A stretch of 40,991 nucleotides of DNA from a virus (taxonomy: Duplodnaviria > Caudoviricetes): positions 1-40,991 of the IMG/VR virus record IMGVR_UViG_3300044698_000201; one strand, 5' to 3'. The notes below the pieces were generated by a model. The model was not told the origin of the DNA, made no database searches, and saw only the letters and a list, made by a program, of their open reading frames with translations. Shown here one piece after another: positions 36,065-40,991 of the stretch. Position 1 is the first letter of the stretch. The number at the start of each line of letters is the position of its first letter. The position numbers and the translations under genes are program-made.

Positions 36065-36363
36065 TCGCGCTCGAGCTGACTCAACAGGAGGTGGATGCGC
36101 TCGAGGCGCTGCTGCGGCATTTCGACTCGATGAAATCGGATGTCGGGAGTTACGACTCGGTCGTCGATCTGATCGCGGATCGCGTGGGGGAAATCGTCCC
36201 GTGTCCTTCGTGCGCGCTGGCAGAACACCTGTCCTCGCACCTCGACGCGCTCGAGGAGCTCACGATGTCCGCAATTGCACTTCGCCCGTTCGACTTCGTC
36301 CTCCAGGCGGTGACCGACAAGTTGCAGTCGGCGGCGCCGCCGAGGAAAGCGAGGATCGCATGA
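36061..36363 (+). CDS. Hypothetical protein (100 aa)
   Basis: GGAGG RBS; GTGA coupling; CPSC motif. Confidence 0.6.
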   Translation: MIALELTQQEVDALEALLRHFDSMKSDVGSYDSVVDLIADRVGEIVPCPSCALAEHLSSHLDALEELTMSAIALRPFDFVLQAVTDKLQSAAPPRKARIA

Positions 36364-37118
36364 ACTTCCGACGCCTTATTGCCTCGGTCTCTCTCGATGG
36401 TGGCACGTATGTGCGCGAGCTCGAGGAGCGGTGCGAGGACATCGCAACACAGCTGTACAAGCGTGGGGAGCAGCTCGCGTCCGAGAAGCATCACCTTGAC
36501 CGCCTGAAGGTCGAGCACGATGCCCTGGCCCATGAGCTCACGGTGATTCGTTCCACGTCGTGCCTGCTTGTGGCACGGGTCAGTGAACTCGAGGCCGAAG
36601 TCGCCTATCAGACGACTCGCGAAAACGAGTTCGAGTCCGAGGCCTCCGCGCACGCGCGCGAAATGATCGAGATGCGGGGTGCGCTCAACGACGCGAACGC
36701 GCAGATCGACTCGCTGCTCCGTCGTCTCGGCGAGCAGCTGCCTCTCGTCGACGCGCCTGCCTCACCGCCACCGGCGCCGCCCGAGGTCGTATCGGACACG
36801 GTGCAGCGCCGCGTTTATCAGATCGTCAAGCTCGCCCTCGAGGACGGGTATAAGTGGTACTTCACGGACGGCGGATCGGAGAGCTTCAACGCGGCGATCC
36901 TGGACGAGGACTTCCTCGGCCGGATGAACCGCCGCGAGATCCTGTTCGCCCACGGCGACGCCCTCGAGGTCGACGTTCATATCGTTTCCACCCGCCAGGA
37001 CAAGGCCTTCAAGACCACCTATGAGTTCGTGAAGGTCCGCCGCCACCTGGTCCCCGATCAACAACCCACCTTCCCGTTCAACTCGGAGGCGGAGGCCTCT
37101 GAAGGAGTTGTGTCATGA
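36360..37118 (+). CDS. Coiled-coil protein with C-terminal beta domain (252 aa)
   Basis: ATG 36360 coupled; heptad region, PPPAPP linker, then KWYFTDG..F.A.I.DEDFL...F..GD.L.V domain. Confidence 0.68.
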   Translation: MNFRRLIASVSLDGGTYVRELEERCEDIATQLYKRGEQLASEKHHLDRLKVEHDALAHELTVIRSTSCLLVARVSELEAEVAYQTTRENEFESEASAHAREMIEMRGALNDANAQIDSLLRRLGEQLPLVDAPASPPPAPPEVVSDTVQRRVYQIVKLALEDGYKWYFTDGGSESFNAAILDEDFLGRMNRREILFAHGDALEVDVHIVSTRQDKAFKTTYEFVKVRRHLVPDQQPTFPFNSEAEASEGVVS

Positions 37119-37384
37119 CGACCAACTGTGTCATCAGTGAAGAGGTGTTCCGGGGCGGTTGTGACGCGGTGACGGGCGAGCTGCGCAACGCCTGGACGGC
37201 ACTCGACCGTGCGTACAAGAAGACGCTGACGACGCTCGCGCGCTGGGGCGACGACCAGTGCCACGCCCACGGCGGAGCAATCAGTCAGACGCTCACTGAT
37301 ATCGACCGGATCAAGCGGTCGGTCGAGCGTCTCGAGGTCGAGGTCCGCCGCGCAGGGACGCCTCGCATGCCGTCACCACTGTAG
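37115..37384 (+). CDS. Hypothetical protein (89 aa)
   Basis: AAGGAG RBS; ATGA coupling. Confidence 0.55.
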   Translation: MTTNCVISEEVFRGGCDAVTGELRNAWTALDRAYKKTLTTLARWGDDQCHAHGGAISQTLTDIDRIKRSVERLEVEVRRAGTPRMPSPL

Positions 37385-37460
37385 TTGTCTGCGGTTGATC
37401 CCGCTCCGGTCCAATCCCGGCGCGGGGCATGGCGGAGACAACCAGAGAGAGGAGGTAGTT

Positions 37461-38030
37461 ATGGCGAAGGCAGTAAAGAAGGTGTCCAACCTACGCGAGG
37501 TGCCGGGCCCCGCGGCGATCACGTCAATGGAGGACCTCGAGTCGCAGCATACCGAGGCAGCGCGCCTGCAGACGGAGATCGACACGATCGAGGCACGACT
37601 CAACGAGGAGCAGCAAGCGCTCAACGAGGAGCGCGCCGCGGCGCTCAACCCACTGAAGGAGCGGCAGGCGGCAATCGTCGACGCGATCACCGGATATATG
37701 CGCCGGGTCGAGCCGTCACTCGATAAGAAGACGATCACGCTTGCGTGCGGCGCGGTGTCAATCAGGGATGGCGCCGAGGTCGTGACGTTCGCGTATGGCG
37801 CCAACGTCGAGACGGTCGCACAGAAGCTGCTCCGGTTCCCGACGCTCGCGCACCTCGTCGAGACGAAGCTCGGCGTCGCCAAGGACAAGCTGCGTACCGA
37901 GATCCCCGAGAAACTCCGCGCGCGCCTGGGCTTCTACGTCATGCGCTGTGAGTCCTCGGTCACGATCAAGTACGACCTGAAGAAGTACCAGAAGTGGCTA
38001 GCGGCCACCGGGAACAAGGCCGCACGATGA
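37461..38030 (+). CDS. gam: Host-nuclease inhibitor, Mu Gam-like (189 aa)
   Basis: GAGGAGG RBS; N-terminal coiled coil then KKTI.L..G.V..R and V.TK..V.KD.L motifs. Confidence 0.8.
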   Translation: MAKAVKKVSNLREVPGPAAITSMEDLESQHTEAARLQTEIDTIEARLNEEQQALNEERAAALNPLKERQAAIVDAITGYMRRVEPSLDKKTITLACGAVSIRDGAEVVTFAYGANVETVAQKLLRFPTLAHLVETKLGVAKDKLRTEIPEKLRARLGFYVMRCESSVTIKYDLKKYQKWLAATGNKAAR

Positions 38031-38401
38031 GATCACGTTTCACTCTGCTGCTCGCGTGCCGCCTAGCGGTCATCGGCGGCGCTGTCATCGCGACGGAGCT
38101 CGTCGTGACGCACTGGTTCTTCGCGAGGCTCCTGACAGGCGAGTTGCAGTGGTGGGTCATGTACGCGGTATGGCTGACAGGTTTCGGGTCGGCGGCAGCG
38201 CTCGCGGCCGCGTGGCTCGAAGGGTGGGCGGAAGAGTTGATCGAGAAGGGGGTGATCTATCTAAGTCCAGACAAAGCGAAATCCCGCCTCGGTGCGCAAG
38301 CAAAGCACTCACCTCATTGTGTTGCGCGCGGAACTGAGAAAGACGCCGGGGCGGGATCGTTCGAGGGTGGCACCTCGAGCCTGACGAGCAGCCAAAGCTG
38401 A
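38027..38401 (+). CDS. Membrane protein (124 aa)
   Basis: Two hydrophobic segments; coupled at both ends. Confidence 0.55.
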   Translation: MRSRFTLLLACRLAVIGGAVIATELVVTHWFFARLLTGELQWWVMYAVWLTGFGSAAALAAAWLEGWAEELIEKGVIYLSPDKAKSRLGAQAKHSPHCVARGTEKDAGAGSFEGGTSSLTSSQS

Positions 38402-38778
38402 TGCAAAACGCGTTCAATTTCACGAGCTCTGCCGAGGACCAGGACGCTCTGCGTGTCCTGCACGTCGTCAGGCAGAGGCTCGGGAAAGAGAACGCAATCT
38501 CGATGCACGAGCTCGAGCGCCAGCTCGAGATCCCGGCGCGGCAGATTCAGATGATCGTGAAGCTCCTGGTTGAGGAGCGGAACTTCCCTGTGGGCACCTC
38601 GACGAGAAGGCCCTACGGGTACTACTGGATCACGAGTGAATGCGAGCGCCGTGAGTGCCGGAATCACTTGATCCGTCGCGCTCTGTCGACCCTCCGTCAC
38701 GCCCAGGCGTTCGATCGCGATTCAATCGTCGCGCCGCTGGTCGGCCAGCTCGAGCTGACCGTGGGAGATGAGTCGTGA
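38401..38778 (+). CDS. Winged-HTH protein (125 aa)
   Basis: GKENAIS..EL...L.I..R.I..IV..L.....P.G.S....GYYW. Confidence 0.72.
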   Translation: MQNAFNFTSSAEDQDALRVLHVVRQRLGKENAISMHELERQLEIPARQIQMIVKLLVEERNFPVGTSTRRPYGYYWITSECERRECRNHLIRRALSTLRHAQAFDRDSIVAPLVGQLELTVGDES

Positions 38779-39041
38779 GCGAGCTTTGCCGGCGATTCGG
38801 CTGCGGCCATCCGCTCGAGGATCACAAGGAAGTCGAGAGGGATGGTGCCTACCACATCTATGGCTCGATTCGCTGGTGCAAGGTAATGGTCAAAGAGTGC
38901 ACCGTGGCATTGGACGAGCCGAGTCTCATTCCCGTCGTCTGTGCTTGCCCGAATTTTTCCTCCGTCCCCCTTTGCTCGCACGGAGGGAATTCGGGCTCGT
39001 ACCACGGCCGGCGCTGCCCGGATCTGCGGGAGGGTGTATGA
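38775..39041 (+). CDS. Cys/His-rich hypothetical protein (88 aa)
   Basis: GTGA coupling; CGH..DH..C..C.CP.F. Confidence 0.5.
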   Translation: MSELCRRFGCGHPLEDHKEVERDGAYHIYGSIRWCKVMVKECTVALDEPSLIPVVCACPNFSSVPLCSHGGNSGSYHGRRCPDLREGV

Positions 39042-39247
39042 AGTACAGGCCCTCTCCCACCACGCCGCGTGATACGTCCACAGGACGCTTTGCGTGCCCT
39101 CATTGTCCTCATCGAGATGTGAAACACGTGCCATGCGTTCGACACGGCGGGACTCACGGCCATTGCACTGGGATGCTCCCTGATCCCACCAACCCGCGCG
39201 GTCTGCTGTGTTGCCGCTGCACCTGGCTGCCGGGGGCGTCGTCGTGA
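39038..39247 (+). CDS. Cys/His-rich hypothetical protein (69 aa)
   Basis: GGAGG RBS; ATGA coupling; CPHC..H..H..C..CCRC. Confidence 0.5.
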   Translation: MKYRPSPTTPRDTSTGRFACPHCPHRDVKHVPCVRHGGTHGHCTGMLPDPTNPRGLLCCRCTWLPGASS

Positions 39248-39645
39248 TCTCCAAGCAACAAAAAGCGATCCTGCACGTTGCTTCGGCCAAACTCCGCCTT
39301 GACCGCGATCAGTACGAGGCGATCCTGCAATCCGAGGCCGGAGTGACGAGCTCGTCCGACCTCGATCGCAAGGGCTTTGATCGCGTCATGCGACGCTTCG
39401 AACACCTCGGATTCCACAACGTTTCGCGAGCGAAGAAGCGCGCGCCTGCCGAGCCGATCACACCTCACCAGCAGCAGCTCATCCGCGAGCTCTACTCGGC
39501 ACTCGGATGGCATGAGATCGAGCGCCAGACGGGCTTCAACCGTCGCCAGGTGCGCAAGCCCTGGCCCCAGACCAGGCGCGACGCGAACAAGGTGATCGAG
39601 GGCCTGAAGGCGATCACAAAACGGGCGGCCTTACAGGAGGGATGA
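39244..39645 (+). CDS. gemA: GemA/DUF1018 family protein (133 aa)
   Basis: KAILHVA...L.LD.D.Y..IL...AGV.SS.DL.......V...F..LGF and A.KVIEGLKA motifs. Confidence 0.85.
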   Translation: MISKQQKAILHVASAKLRLDRDQYEAILQSEAGVTSSSDLDRKGFDRVMRRFEHLGFHNVSRAKKRAPAEPITPHQQQLIRELYSALGWHEIERQTGFNRRQVRKPWPQTRRDANKVIEGLKAITKRAALQEG

Positions 39646-39646
39646 A

Positions 39647-40619
39647 GTGCTTGCGCTCATCCTCGCTCTGGCACTCGGCGACGAGGTGTTCGCACCTGAC
39701 AGGTTGATGTGGGTACCGACGAGCGAGCCTATCTCTGTGAGGTTGTCGGCCACTGTCGATTCGACGGCAATCCGTAGCGTCGTCCGCCTCGTGGATCACG
39801 GAGATCCTGCGGATCGATGGGACGTCGTCATCATCGGCGACGGGTTCCGTGAGGACGATATCGCTGCCTACGACGACGCCTCACGTCGCGTGACTCAAGC
39901 GATCCTGACGGCACCGCCATTCTGTGACGTGGCGTCGGCGATCAACGTCCACCAGGTTAATGTGATTTCACACGAGTCGGGCGTGTCGGATCTGTGCTCG
40001 GGGGTCGTCGTCGACACGTTCTTCGCTGCCAGGTCGTGCGTTGGGGGCCTCGATCGAAGGATCGGCGCGGACAAAGCGCTCGCGCGGCAGATCGTGACCG
40101 AAACCGTGCCTCACGCCGACGCGATCATTCTGCTGGTCAACACCGCCGCCTATGGCGGATCTGGTGGCGGTGGTGTCGCCGTGGTCTCACTCCACCCACA
40201 ATCCGCTGACATCGCTCTGCACGAGTTGGGGCACGTCCTTGGGCTCGCAGATGAGTATCCGGCGTTATCGGATTGTGCAGACCCTGGCGGGATCTACGTC
40301 GGGGATGAGCCTGCCGCGCCTAATGTCAGCCGGTACGGCGACGGCAGAAAATGGGCGACGCACCCTGACGGCCGGAATCCAACTCCCAACCGCGTCCAGT
40401 CATGATTGCACATCGTGTGACACCAGTAGCAGCCCGTTCCCCGACGCTTCGACGGTCGGTGCGTGGGAGGGCGCCCAGTACCACCATTGCGGACTCTACC
40501 GGCCATCGCACCGCTGCAAAATGTACGGCCTCGGTTACCCGTTCTGCCGCGTCTGCGCTGCGGCAATCCGCACTGCGATTGGACCGTATCTGCCTCGCCG
40601 CAGGGGGGTCCGCCGCTGA
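39647..40619 (+). pseudogene. M64 (IgA-peptidase-like) metallopeptidase split by a one-base frameshift near 40363-40365
   Basis: DVVIIGDGF, YGG.G and HELGH..GLADEY in the first frame; GAWEGA.Y...LYRP...CKM....FC.VC in the +1 frame; removing one C gives 323 aa. Confidence 0.8.
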
Positions 40620-40630
40620 TTTTTTCGACA

Positions 40631-40959
40631 TCTCAAAAGCCACTCAAAACAGCCCCAAAATGTCCGCTGATCGCTGAGGCCATCCAACAACACCTAACTC
40701 TCTCGGCTACTTGCACTTCGGCGCCGCCATCCGCAGCTTTTCCACAGCTTCACGAAATGTCCGCTGATCGGAGCTAAGTCCTTTGTTTCCGTCCGCTACT
40801 ACCCCGCGAACCCTCGGAATGTTTGCAAACCAAGTGCATTCAGCCCTCGGGGCGGCGGCGCTCTGACACCGATCAACCCACTCTGGGAATGTCACTTAGG
40901 TCCTCCCGTCCCACATTGTCCCGCAATATCCCACATTGCAAACCATCTGCAAACCTACA
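40631..40959. repeat. Phage end (early side) with subterminal repeats
   Basis: AAATGTCCGCTGATCG x2 (40658, 40755); CAAACCAAGTGCAT at 40826-40839; three 10-bp TCCCRCAWTR units at 40909-40938; TGCAAACC x2; terminal CA at 40959. Confidence 0.8.
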
Positions 40960-40991
40960 TCTCGCCGGGCCGGCACTCTCGCTACCGGCGA

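Larger units (their letters stand above)
9..40959. mobile_element. Complete Mu-like transposable prophage/phage genome (inverted, B3/BcepMu-like organisation; non-contractile tail)
   Basis: TGTAAG at 9 and CCTACA ending at 40959; subterminal repeats at both ends; MuA/MuB/Gam/GemA, DUF935 portal, MuF, Mu I protease, gp36- and gpG-like genes all present. Confidence 0.93.

Noticed and set aside
38763-38778. GGGAGATGAGTCGTGA resembling the MuB junction GGGGGTGAGTCATGA as a third cassette repeat
   Set aside because: Too short and explained by shared RBS and stop/start constraints.
40363-40368. CCC-TGA as a programmed +1 frameshift in the M64 gene
   Set aside because: It is not in the translated frame (read as CAC CCT GAC); a one-base insertion or sequencing error is simpler.
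1-40991. tRNA or rRNA genes
   Set aside because: None recognised by eye; a covariance search would be needed to exclude them fully.

Overview
The window holds an apparently complete, high-GC, Mu-like transposable (pro)phage of about 40.95 kb. It runs from TG at 9-10 to CA at 40958-40959, and a 14-bp putative transposase site is shared in inverted orientation by the two ends. The layout is inverted relative to Mu (B3/BcepMu-like). A cI/ner switch sits near 29.6 kb. Early genes (DDE transposase, MuB ATPase, gam, gemA) run rightward. Lysis, methyltransferase, terminase, portal, MuF, protease/scaffold, capsid and a non-contractile tail module run leftward. No gin, mom or mor/C gene is recognisable. 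The most notable signals are: (1) an exact 378-bp copy of the transposase core placed in frame between 119-bp direct repeats of the MuB stop/next-start junction, creating a three-part chimeric gene; (2) a second early gene bracketed by the same kind of junction duplication; (3) a possible non-canonical end with a 4-bp target duplication; (4) a 19-bp-periodic repeat array upstream of the late operon next to an Xis-like wHTH gene; (5) a CI whose catalytic Lys appears replaced; (6) a split lysis module; (7) host-like secreted cargo, including a frameshifted M64 peptidase ending in RRRGVRR. All family calls come from motif recognition by eye; no database search was run.
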